From: an uncultured Gemmatimonadales bacterium
GTDB lineage: Bacteria > Gemmatimonadota > Gemmatimonadetes > Longimicrobiales > RSA9
DNA length: 50,859 nucleotides
Assembly: GCA_963798085.1 (NCBI GenBank)
Contig: CAWCRS010000006.1
Coordinates: 1-50,859, forward strand
Reading direction: 5' to 3'
Below are positions 7,108 through 17,634 of the stretch, one piece after another. Positions within the stretch are counted from its first letter, which is position 1. Every line of letters starts with the position of its first letter. The notes beneath the pieces were generated by a model, which saw only the letters and a program-made list of their open reading frames with translations, had not been told where the DNA came from and ran no database searches. A program made the position numbers and the translations under genes.

Positions 7108-10104
7108 ATGCGTTGGCGTATTGGTGTGCTGGCGGGCTCCATGTGTCTTCTGGGTCTGCCCGCGTCTGTCTCGGCGCAGTCCGCGGTGGTTTCCGGCGCT
7201 GTCGTCAGTCAGACGCAGGAGCCCGTGCGGGGCGCCCTTGTGAGTATCCAGGGCACCGACGCATCGGCCGTGACCAACGACAACGGTTTCTTCCGCATCA
7301 ACGTGCCCGAGTCGCTGGTGCATGGCCAGAACGCGAAGCTGGAAGTCAGCTCGATCGGCTACAAGACGAGCGACATCGATTTCGTGCTCCGGCCCGGCAA
7401 TATCCGTCTGGATGTGAAGCTGGCGGAGCAGGCAGTCGCGCTGGATGCTGTGGTGGTTACGGGAACGGCGGGGCAGCAGGAGCGACGCGCGCAATCCGCC
7501 GTGGTTTCTTCGGTCAATGCCGCCAAGGTCACGGAAGTGGCCCCCATCACCACGGTTTCCAACCTGCTGCAGGCGCGTGCCCCCGGCGTGGTTCTCACGA
7601 ACAGCTCCGGGTCTGCGGGCACCGCCAGTGACATTCGTATCCGCGGCGTCTCCTCCATCTCCCTCTCCAACACCCCCCTGGTCTTCATCAATGGCATCCG
7701 CATGGATGGCGGCACCAGCCAGATCTACGGCGTGGGCGGGCAGTCGGGCAGCCGCCTGAACGACATCAACCTCGAGGACATCGAGAGCATCGAGGTGGTG
7801 AAGGGACCGGCAGCGGCCACGCTGTACGGCTCCGATGCGAACGCAGGTGTTATCAACATCATCACCAAGCACGGGCGCACGCAGAGCGGCTTCACGCAGT
7901 CCATTACCATGGAGTACGGCCAGGCGAATCCGAACTTCACGCCGCCCGACAACTACGGCACCTGCTCGCAGAGCAACACGACCAGTTCGTCGTTCCCTGC
8001 GTGCCACAATGTGCCGGCCGGCACCGTGCTGGTGGACAATCCGCTGACGCGGGAGAACTCGTTCAACGACGGGCGCTACCGCAACCTGAACTGGACGCTG
8101 CGCGGGGGTGGCGACCGTTTCGCGGTGTTCCTCTCGTTCGGCGGCGATGACCAGCGCGGCACGCTCCCCAACAACGATTACAGCCACGCCAGCGGGCGGG
8201 CCAACTTCGACTTCTTCGCCAGCCAGAAGCTGCACATGGAGTTCGGCTTCGGGCTGTTCCGCACCAGCACGCAGCTGCCCCGCAACGACAACGACATCTA
8301 CGGCTATCTGGGCGGGGGGCTGCTGGGCGATCCGCGCACCATTGGCGCCGCCAAGGACGGCTGGTATGCGCCTAACCGCCAGTCGCTGCAGCTCAGCTCC
8401 TACGAGAACGTGGACCACACGCTGCGCGTCCAGCCGCGCTTCTCGGCGACCTATTCGCCAATGACGTGGTTCACGAATCGCTTCACCTTCGGCGGCGACA
8501 TCACGCGCTCCCGCGCCTACTCGTTCTGGGCCAAGAACGAGGACGGCTGGTGGGACAGCTCCGTGCTCAACACCGGGCAGATCGGTGAGGCAAGGAATTC
8601 CGAGGACCGGCTGACGCTCGAGTACCTGGGCAACGTCACCCGCAGTCTGACCTCCAGCCTGCGCGGCGATTTCTCCTTCGGCTCCCAGGCGCTCACCACC
8701 AAGTCCGACCTCACGAACGCGACCGGCTCCGGCCTCGTCAACAACAATGTTCGCACAGTGAATTCCGCGGCACAGCTGACGGGCGGCGGTCAGAATTCGT
8801 CGGAATCCCGCCAGATCGGTGTGTTCGGGCAGGCCCAGTTCACGTGGCGTGACCGCATCTACCTGCAGGCCGGTCTGCGGCGCGACCAGGCGTCCTCCTT
8901 CGGCGCCGACACCAAGCCCTTCTACAGCCCCAAGGTGGGCCTGTCCTACGTGGTTTCGGACGAGCCGTTCTTCCACAACATCTTCGGCGAGAACGTGCTC
9001 AACACGCTGCGCCTGCGTGGCGCCTATGGGGTGACCGGGCGTCAGCCCACATCGGGTGCCCGGTCCACCTACAACCCGACGACCAACCAGGTCTCCAGCA
9101 CCGCGGTGGCGGTGGGCGTGACGCCTTCGGCCACGGGCAATCCGGACCTGCGCGCGGAAAAGGGGCACGAGCTCGAGCTGGGCTTCGAAGCAGGACTGCT
9201 GAAGGACCGGCTGGGTCTCGAGCTGACGTACTTCCACAAGGAAACGAAGGACCTGATCCTGTCCCGGCCGCTCGCGCCCTCACTCGGCGTCAGCAGCCCC
9301 AGCGTCAACATCGGCGGCATGCTGAACCGCGGCTTCGAGATCGCCGCCAACGCCCGGCTGCTCACGTACAACAACCTGGCGTGGGAAGTCCGCGGCGCGC
9401 TCAATACGCTGCACAACGAAGTGCTGGACCTGGGCGATACCCAGCCCACCACCAGCTCCACCAACGCGCGGCGCGAAGGCGTGCCGCTGCGCAACTATTT
9501 CGACTACACGATCCGCTCCGTGGACCTTGCGAACAACCGTGTCATCGTGTCCGACACGCTCGAGTTCGTGGGCACCAACTTCGAGCTGCCCGGCTACGAC
9601 GGCAACATCTCGTCGACGGTGACGGTCTTCCGTGACCTGAGTTTCTACGCACAGGCCGATTTCCGCGGCAACTACTGGGTCTACAACAACACGGACCAGT
9701 TCCGCGACCGCCAGAACGGCCACAGCCCGCTCGCTGTCCTGGGTTGTGCCTACTACGGCACGGATGCCAGCGGCAACTGCACGGAAGAGGCGAAGATCAA
9801 GTACATGCGCAAGTTCGGACCCTGGGTGACGGAGAACGGCGGCAACACGCTTTCCCGCACGCTGGTGCGTGGCGACTACCTGGAGAACGCCGGCTTCGTT
9901 CGCCTGCGTGAGGCTTCGGTGAGCTATCACATGCCGCGCACGATCGTCTCGCGTTACATGCACGCGCAGTCGGCGCAACTCACGGTTTCCTTCCGCAATC
10001 TCAGGACGTGGACGGACTTCACAGGACTGGATCCCGAGACGGATCAATTCCTCACGGTGCCACAGGACAAGCGCTGGACCGTGCGCTTCAACTTCACGTT
10101 CTGA
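7108..10104 (+). CDS. SusC/RagA-family TonB-dependent outer membrane transporter (copy 1)
   Basis: Signal peptide, N-terminal carboxypeptidase-regulatory-like domain, LDAVVVTG, DIESIEVVKGPAAATLYGSDANAGVINIITK plug signature, GNPDLRAE and C-terminal F. Confidence 0.93.
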   Translation: MRWRIGVLAGSMCLLGLPASVSAQSAVVSGAVVSQTQEPVRGALVSIQGTDASAVTNDNGFFRINVPESLVHGQNAKLEVSSIGYKTSDIDFVLRPGNIRLDVKLAEQAVALDAVVVTGTAGQQERRAQSAVVSSVNAAKVTEVAPITTVSNLLQARAPGVVLTNSSGSAGTASDIRIRGVSSISLSNTPLVFINGIRMDGGTSQIYGVGGQSGSRLNDINLEDIESIEVVKGPAAATLYGSDANAGVINIITKHGRTQSGFTQSITMEYGQANPNFTPPDNYGTCSQSNTTSSSFPACHNVPAGTVLVDNPLTRENSFNDGRYRNLNWTLRGGGDRFAVFLSFGGDDQRGTLPNNDYSHASGRANFDFFASQKLHMEFGFGLFRTSTQLPRNDNDIYGYLGGGLLGDPRTIGAAKDGWYAPNRQSLQLSSYENVDHTLRVQPRFSATYSPMTWFTNRFTFGGDITRSRAYSFWAKNEDGWWDSSVLNTGQIGEARNSEDRLTLEYLGNVTRSLTSSLRGDFSFGSQALTTKSDLTNATGSGLVNNNVRTVNSAAQLTGGGQNSSESRQIGVFGQAQFTWRDRIYLQAGLRRDQASSFGADTKPFYSPKVGLSYVVSDEPFFHNIFGENVLNTLRLRGAYGVTGRQPTSGARSTYNPTTNQVSSTAVAVGVTPSATGNPDLRAEKGHELELGFEAGLLKDRLGLELTYFHKETKDLILSRPLAPSLGVSSPSVNIGGMLNRGFEIAANARLLTYNNLAWEVRGALNTLHNEVLDLGDTQPTTSSTNARREGVPLRNYFDYTIRSVDLANNRVIVSDTLEFVGTNFELPGYDGNISSTVTVFRDLSFYAQADFRGNYWVYNNTDQFRDRQNGHSPLAVLGCAYYGTDASGNCTEEAKIKYMRKFGPWVTENGGNTLSRTLVRGDYLENAGFVRLREASVSYHMPRTIVSRYMHAQSAQLTVSFRNLRTWTDFTGLDPETDQFLTVPQDKRWTVRFNFTF

Positions 10105-10118
10105 CGAGGAGGGACATC

Positions 10119-11378
10119 ATGAACCGGTCATACAAGGCGAGGTCCTTCCCATTGCTGCTCGCGGCGCTCACGCTGACCGCGTGCAACAAGGTCAATGACT
10201 TCCTGGACGTCAAGAATCCCAACAATCTCGAAGCCGAAGCCATCAGCGCGGAGCGCGATCGCACCCTGCTTTCGCAGTCGGCCTATCAGTCGTTCGTGGC
10301 GCAGTACGGCAACCTGGCCGTCTACACGGCCTGGTTCACGAACGAGGCGAGAGTGGGCGACACCTTCCCCACCCGCAACGACTTCGGCAAACGGGACGTG
10401 CCGCCCAATGGTGACATCCGCGGGCTCTGGAACAGCCTGCAGAACGCCATTCAGTTTTCCGAAACCGTGATCGGCAAGGTGGAGGCAGCCGGCAACAACA
10501 TGGACCTGGCGCGCCTCTATTTCACGAGCGGTTACGGGATCCTCCTGATGGGCGAGCTGTGGTGCGAGGGCACGATCGCGGGTCCGGAACTGGAACCGCG
10601 CGGGCCCATGACCACGGCACAACTCATGGATTCGGCCATCGTGCGCCTGACCAAAGCCAACACGATTGCCAGGAGCCTGACGGGTACGGAGGCCGCGAAC
10701 ATCGCCGGCGCTTCCATGGTCGGCATCGCCCGCGCCCAGCTGAATGCGGGTCGCAAGGCGGAGGCTTCGGCCGCGGCGGCCCAGGTGCCCGCAAGCTTTA
10801 CCTTCGGCCTCCTTCACCTGGATGACCCCAGCAACCGCAACCGTCTGGGCAATCGCATCTGGAGCTACTCCGAGTCCAGAATCTCGCTCGTAGTCGGGCC
10901 GGAATACCGCGCCATGGCGGATGCCGGTGACACGCGCGTGGCTTATGTGGACATGAAGCGCGTGGCCCAGGATGGGCAGCTGAATTTCTTCCGCCAGAAC
11001 AAGATCAAGGGCTGGGGCACATCGGACCGTCTGGCTTCGGGCCTGGAGGCACAGTACATCAGGATCGAAGCCAATGCCGACCCCGCCGCCATGCTCACCT
11101 TCATCAATGAGCGCCGCGCCGCCGGCAACGAATCGCCCATGGCGGCTACCAGCGACATGTCGGTCCTGATGAAGGAGCTCATGGAGCAGAAGTCGCGGGA
11201 CTTCTGGCTGGAAGCCAAGCGCATTGGCGACCTGCGCCGCAACCCGGACTACGTGCCTTACATCATCCCGCCGGGCAACAACTACTACAAGCCCGAACTG
11301 GGTCTCGTGCAGAGTGACGTCTGCTGGCCAGTAACCACGGACGAGATCAACAACAACCCGCTCTGGCCCAAGTCGTAA
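10119..11378 (+). CDS. SusD/RagB-family lipoprotein (copy 1)
   Basis: GGAGG RBS, lipobox LTAC, C-terminal FWLEAKRIGDLRR...P...EINNNP; directly follows the susC-like gene. Confidence 0.88.
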   Translation: MNRSYKARSFPLLLAALTLTACNKVNDFLDVKNPNNLEAEAISAERDRTLLSQSAYQSFVAQYGNLAVYTAWFTNEARVGDTFPTRNDFGKRDVPPNGDIRGLWNSLQNAIQFSETVIGKVEAAGNNMDLARLYFTSGYGILLMGELWCEGTIAGPELEPRGPMTTAQLMDSAIVRLTKANTIARSLTGTEAANIAGASMVGIARAQLNAGRKAEASAAAAQVPASFTFGLLHLDDPSNRNRLGNRIWSYSESRISLVVGPEYRAMADAGDTRVAYVDMKRVAQDGQLNFFRQNKIKGWGTSDRLASGLEAQYIRIEANADPAAMLTFINERRAAGNESPMAATSDMSVLMKELMEQKSRDFWLEAKRIGDLRRNPDYVPYIIPPGNNYYKPELGLVQSDVCWPVTTDEINNNPLWPKS

Positions 11379-11402
11379 CGCCAGGGCACGCGTCGCTGCA
11401 TC

Positions 11403-11440
11403 GAGGGGTCGTCCGAGACTGGACGACCCCTCCGCCTTTC
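11403..11440 (+). terminator. Probable intrinsic terminator after SusD copy 1
   Basis: 12-bp stem GAGGGGTCGTCC/GGACGACCCCTC with a weak T tail (cgcctttc). Confidence 0.65.
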
Positions 11441-11811
11441 CTCCTCGCGCGTGGCCGTGATCGCACGTGATCAGGACAATGCTTCGCTGATCCCGCGGCT
11501 TTTGCGGCCCGCCCCTGGCATTGGACCTCCCGTCACGTTCAGCCTGTGATGCGCGTTTGTATGTTCGACCCGGCCGAAGGGGCGCGCCCGACGGCGGGAT
11601 CAATCAAGCAGCACTTCGCAGTTGCCTGGTTTACGGGGACCGGGGGGCGGCGCCGCTTCGCAGGGTGACGTCAGCTCCCAGAATAATAAAAAACGTTCGT
11701 TGGTGACTCTACGGGCACGTGCAGCGTCCGGGATTCTCTCCGGCCGCTAACCGGTCTACGTGCGCCGTTGGAGTCTGTGTTAACCCCCTGCTCTCCCGTT
11801 AAGGAGGTGCC

Positions 11812-14800
11812 ATGCTTCGTAGAAACGCCTTGCTGGCGGCGCTTTTCGCGGGGCTCCTTGCTCCAGCCATGGCGAGCGCGCAGAACGCGCAGACCGCGGT
11901 GGTCACGGGCATCGTGCTGAGCGAAACGAAGTCGCCCGTGCGCGGCGCGTTCGTGGCTCTGAAGCCGCTCGATCTCACGGCGGTCACGAACGACAACGGG
12001 TTCTACCGCATCGTAGTTCCGGCCGCACAGGTCCAGGGTCAGCAGGCTACCCTCGCGGTCAGTTCCATCGGCTACAAGCCGGTGGAAGTGACGATCCTGC
12101 TTCATGCGGGCGCGATCCAGCAGGACATCAACATGACGGAACAGGCCATCTCCCTCGACGAAGTGCTCGTCACGGGGACGGCCGGCCGCCAGGAACGGCG
12201 CGCTCAATCCGCCGTGGTGTCCACGGTCAACGCGGCCAAGGTGGCGGACGTGGCGCCCATCACCACGGTGTCCAACCTGCTGCAGGCGAGAGCGTCCGGT
12301 GTGGTGCTCACGAACAACTCGGGCTCCAGCGGCACCGCCTCGCAGATCCGCATCCGCGGCGTGTCCTCGATCAACCTGTCGAACGATCCGCTGGTCTTCA
12401 TTGACGGCGTGCGCATGGATGGCGGCAGCAGCCAGCTGTCCGGTGTGGGGGGTCAGTCGGGCAGCCGGCTGAACGACATCAACCTCGAGGACATCGAGAG
12501 CATCGAGGTGGTGAAGGGACCGGCGGCCGCCACACTGTACGGCTCGGACGCCAACGCCGGCGTGATCAACATCATCACGAAGCGCGGGCGCACGCAGAGC
12601 GCGTTCACGCAGTCGATCACGGCCGAGTACGGGCAGGCGTCACCCAACTTCACGCCGCCCGACAACTACAGCACCTGCGCCAATGGCAACGCCACGAACG
12701 CGGCCTTCCCTGCCTGCGCCAACGTCCCCGTCGGGACATTGCTGGTGGACAACCCGCTGGTGCGTGAGAACTCGTTCAACGACGGCCGCTACCGCAGCCT
12801 GAACTGGACGCTGCGCGGGGGTGGCGACAAGTTCGCGAGCTTCCTGTCGTTCGGCGGCGATGACGAACGCGGTACGCTGCCCAACAACGACTACAACCAT
12901 ATCAGCGGCCGGGCGAACTTTGACTTCTTCGCCAGCGAGAAGCTGCACATGGAGTTCGGCTTCGGTCTGTTCAAGACCAACACGCAGCTGCCGCGCAACG
13001 ACAACGACATCTACGGCTACCTGGGTGGTGGGCTGCTGGGCGACCCGCGCACGCAGGGTGCCGCCAAGGACGGCTGGTACGCACCGAACCGCCAGACCCT
13101 GTCCATCGCGGCGTACGAGAACCTGAACAAGACGCTGCGCGTGCAGCCGCGCGTTTCCGCGACGTATTCGCCGGTGACGTGGTTCACGAACCGGATCACC
13201 TTCGGCGGCGACATCGAGCGCACGCGTGGCTACTCCTTCTGGGCCAAGAACTCCACGGGCTGGTGGGACGACCCCACGCTCAACACAGGTCAGATCACGG
13301 AACAGCGCAACTCGCGCGACAATCTGACCTTCGATTACCTGGGCAACATGACGCGCTCGATTACCAGCAGCCTGCGCGGCGACTTCTCGTTCGGCGCCCA
13401 GGTTGTGACCCTGAAAACGGACGCGACCAGTGCCCAGGGCACCGGACTCGTGAACAACGATGTTCGCACGGTGAACTCGGCCGCGCAGCTCACGGGCGGC
13501 GGCCAGTCCTCGACGGAATCGCGCCAGGCAGGCCTGTTCGCGCAGACCCAGTTCACGTGGCGTGACCGCGTGTACCTGCAGCTGGGCGGTCGCGTGGATC
13601 AGGCCTCTTCCTTCGGCTCTGACTCCAAGCCCTTCTACAGCCCGAAGATCGGTCTCTCCTACGTGATCTCGGATGAGCCCTTCTTCCGCAACATCTTCAG
13701 CGAGAACGTGCTCAACACGCTGCGCCTGCGCGGCGCATACGGCGTGACAGGGCGCCAGCCCACGTCGGGCGCGCGCTCCACCTACAACCCGACCACCAAC
13801 CAGGTCACGACTACTTCGGTGGCCGTCGGCGTGACGCCTTCGGCAACCGGCAATCCGGACCTGCGCGCGGAGATCGGTCATGAACTGGAGCTGGGCTTCG
13901 AGGCCGGCATGCTGAAGGACCGGGTCGGCTTCGAGCTGACGTACTTCCACAAGGAGACGAAGGACCTGATCCTGTCCCGGCCGCTCGCGCCTTCCCTCGG
14001 CGTCAGCAGTCCGGACATCAACATCGGCGCCATGCTCAACCGTGGCTTCGAGCTCGCCGCCAATGCCCGGCTGATTACCTATGACAACCTGGCGCTGGAA
14101 GTACGCGGCGCGCTCAACACGCTGCACAACGAAGTGCTGGACCTGGGTGGCACCGCTCCCACGACGAGCGCGACCAACGCCCGCCGCGAGGGTGTGCCGC
14201 TCCGCAATTACTTCGACTACACGATCCGCTCGGTCGATCTCGCGAACAACCGGGTCATCGTGTCCGACACGCTCGAGTTCATCGGCACGAACAACGAGCT
14301 GCCCGGCTACGACGGCAACATTTCGTCGACCCTGACGCTGTTCAAGGATCTGAGCTTCTACGCTCAGGCGGACTTCCGCGGCGACTACTGGGTCTACAAC
14401 AACACCGACCAGTTCCGCGACCGGCAGAACGGCTTCAGTGGCCTCGCCCAGCTGGGCTGCGGCTTCTACCGGGCCGATCAGGACAAGACCAAGTGCACGG
14501 ATGAAGAGAAGATCAAGTACATGCGCAAGTTCGGGCCGTGGGTGACCGAGAACAGCGGCGCCACGCTGTCCCGCACGCTGGTGCGCGGCGACTACCTGGA
14601 GAACGCCAGCTTCGTGCGTCTGCGTGAGGCGTCCGTCAGTTACCGGGTGCCGCGTTCGCTGGTCACACGCTACATGCACGCGCAGGCCGCGCAGCTCACG
14701 GTTTCCATGCGAAATCTGCGGACCTGGACCGATTTCACCGGTCTGGATCCGGAGACAGGTCAGTTCCTGACGGTACCGCAGGACAAGCGCTGGACGGTCC

Positions 14801-14820
14801 GTTTCAACTTCACGTTCTGA
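11812..14820 (+). CDS. SusC/RagA-family TonB-dependent transporter (copy 2)
   Basis: AAGGAGG RBS; same signatures as copy 1 and co-linear with it over nearly the full length. Confidence 0.93.
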   Translation: MLRRNALLAALFAGLLAPAMASAQNAQTAVVTGIVLSETKSPVRGAFVALKPLDLTAVTNDNGFYRIVVPAAQVQGQQATLAVSSIGYKPVEVTILLHAGAIQQDINMTEQAISLDEVLVTGTAGRQERRAQSAVVSTVNAAKVADVAPITTVSNLLQARASGVVLTNNSGSSGTASQIRIRGVSSINLSNDPLVFIDGVRMDGGSSQLSGVGGQSGSRLNDINLEDIESIEVVKGPAAATLYGSDANAGVINIITKRGRTQSAFTQSITAEYGQASPNFTPPDNYSTCANGNATNAAFPACANVPVGTLLVDNPLVRENSFNDGRYRSLNWTLRGGGDKFASFLSFGGDDERGTLPNNDYNHISGRANFDFFASEKLHMEFGFGLFKTNTQLPRNDNDIYGYLGGGLLGDPRTQGAAKDGWYAPNRQTLSIAAYENLNKTLRVQPRVSATYSPVTWFTNRITFGGDIERTRGYSFWAKNSTGWWDDPTLNTGQITEQRNSRDNLTFDYLGNMTRSITSSLRGDFSFGAQVVTLKTDATSAQGTGLVNNDVRTVNSAAQLTGGGQSSTESRQAGLFAQTQFTWRDRVYLQLGGRVDQASSFGSDSKPFYSPKIGLSYVISDEPFFRNIFSENVLNTLRLRGAYGVTGRQPTSGARSTYNPTTNQVTTTSVAVGVTPSATGNPDLRAEIGHELELGFEAGMLKDRVGFELTYFHKETKDLILSRPLAPSLGVSSPDINIGAMLNRGFELAANARLITYDNLALEVRGALNTLHNEVLDLGGTAPTTSATNARREGVPLRNYFDYTIRSVDLANNRVIVSDTLEFIGTNNELPGYDGNISSTLTLFKDLSFYAQADFRGDYWVYNNTDQFRDRQNGFSGLAQLGCGFYRADQDKTKCTDEEKIKYMRKFGPWVTENSGATLSRTLVRGDYLENASFVRLREASVSYRVPRSLVTRYMHAQAAQLTVSMRNLRTWTDFTGLDPETGQFLTVPQDKRWTVRFNFTF

Positions 14821-14832
14821 GCGAGGGCGACC

Positions 14833-16102
14833 ATGAATCGATTCCGGAAGACAGGGTCGTTCCCCGTGCTGATCGGGGTCATGACGCTGTCCGCGGCCTG
14901 TAACAAGGTCAACGATTTCCTGGATGTGAAGAACCCGAATAACCTGGAGGCGGAGGCGATCGACGCCGAGCGCGATCGCACGCTGCTTTCCCAGTCCGCA
15001 TACCAGTCGTTCGTGGCGCAGTACGGCAACGCGGCTGTGTATTCGGCGTGGTTCACCAACGAGGCGAGGGTGGGAGACACGTTCCCCACACGCAACGACT
15101 TCGGGAAACGCGATGTGGCGACGACGGGTGACCAGAGCGGCTTCTGGAACGCCTGGCAGACGGCCATGCAGTTCGCGCGCAGCACCATCGTCCGCGTCGA
15201 GGCGGCCGGCAACAACGTCGACCTGGCGCGCCTCTACTTCACGTCCGGCTACAGCATTCTCATGCTGGGCGAAATGTTCTGTCAGGGGACCATCGCGGGT
15301 CCCGATCTCGAGCCGCGCGGGCCCATGACCGAAGTCCAGATGATGGACTCTGCGATCGCCGCACTGCAGAAGGCGCATGACATTGCGGCCGGCATCACGG
15401 GCAGCGCGGAAGCAACCAGCATTGCCAACGCATCGCTGGTCGGCATTGCGCGTGCGCACATGGACGCGGGCCGCAAGAGCCAGGCGTCCAGTGTGGCGGG
15501 CCAGGTGCCGGCCAACTTCACCTACAACCTCCTGCACCTCGACGATCCCAGCAACCGCAACCGACTGGGCAACACGATCTGGTCGTTCTCGGAAGCCCGC
15601 ATCTCGCTGGTGGTGGGGCCCGAGTTCCGCGCCATGGCGGACGCCGGCGACACCCGCATCGGCTACACGGACATGAAGCGCGTGGCGCAGGATGGCCAGC
15701 TGAATTTCTTCCGCCAGGCCAAGATCACAGGCTGGGGCTCCTCCGATCGTCTGGCTTCCAGTCTGGAAGCGCAGTACATCAAGGTGGAAGCCGACGCCGA
15801 CGCGACCGCCATGCTGACGTTCATCAACGCCCGCCGCGCGGTGGGCAAGCAGACGGCCATGGCGCCCACGACGGACATGACCGAGCTGCTCAAGGCAGCT
15901 GATGGAGCAGAAGACACGCGATTTCTGGCTCGAGAACAAGCGCATTGGCGACCTGCGCCGCCTCGGCGATAACATCGTGCCCTACGTCATTCCTACGGGC
16001 AACAACTACTACAAGCCGGAGCTGGGCCTGGTGAGCGACCAGGTCTGCATTCCGGTGACGCAGACGGAGATCAACAACAACCCCAACTGGCCGAAGAGCT
16101 GA
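14833..16102 (+). CDS. SusD/RagB-family lipoprotein (copy 2), +1 frameshift near 15895
   Basis: Lipobox SAAC; paralog of copy 1. The C-terminus MEQKTRDFWLENKRIGDLRR...NNNPNWPKS lies in the 15902..16102 frame. Confidence 0.86.
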
Positions 16103-16127
16103 TCTTTCGCCGCTGGGCGAAGCAGCG

Positions 16128-16166
16128 AACGGCCGCGCCGGATTCCGGCGCGGCCGTTTCGTTTCC
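16128..16166. terminator. Terminator hairpin between convergent susD2 and purA
   Basis: 14-bp stem AACGGCCGCGCCGG-att-CCGGCGCGGCCGTT followed by tcgtttcc. Confidence 0.75.
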
Positions 16167-16188
16167 TGACATGGTGTTATGCCTGGAT

Positions 16189-17517
<1,329 letters not shown>

Positions 17518-17544
17518 TTCAATCTTGCCGGGGCAGGGTGAGCA

Positions 17545-17614
17545 CACACAGAAACCCGCTCGCAGCGCAGGGCGCGGAGAGCGGGTCAGGTCGCTTTTTT
17601 TCCGATCAAGCTTA
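17545..17614 (-). promoter_or_regulatory. Candidate purA leader: -10-like box, A7 tract and terminator-like hairpin
   Basis: Minus strand reads TAAGCT-TGATCGG-AAAAAAA-GCGACCTG-ACCCGCTC...GAGCGGGT-TTCTGTGTGT. Confidence 0.5.
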
Positions 17615-17634
17615 GTGGCTCGGCCGGTGCGCCG

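Noticed and set aside
6847..15975. Very long antisense ORFs (796, 491 and 1111 aa) opposite susC/susD
   Set aside because: Shadow ORFs caused by strong codon bias in high-GC genes; no recognisable motifs.
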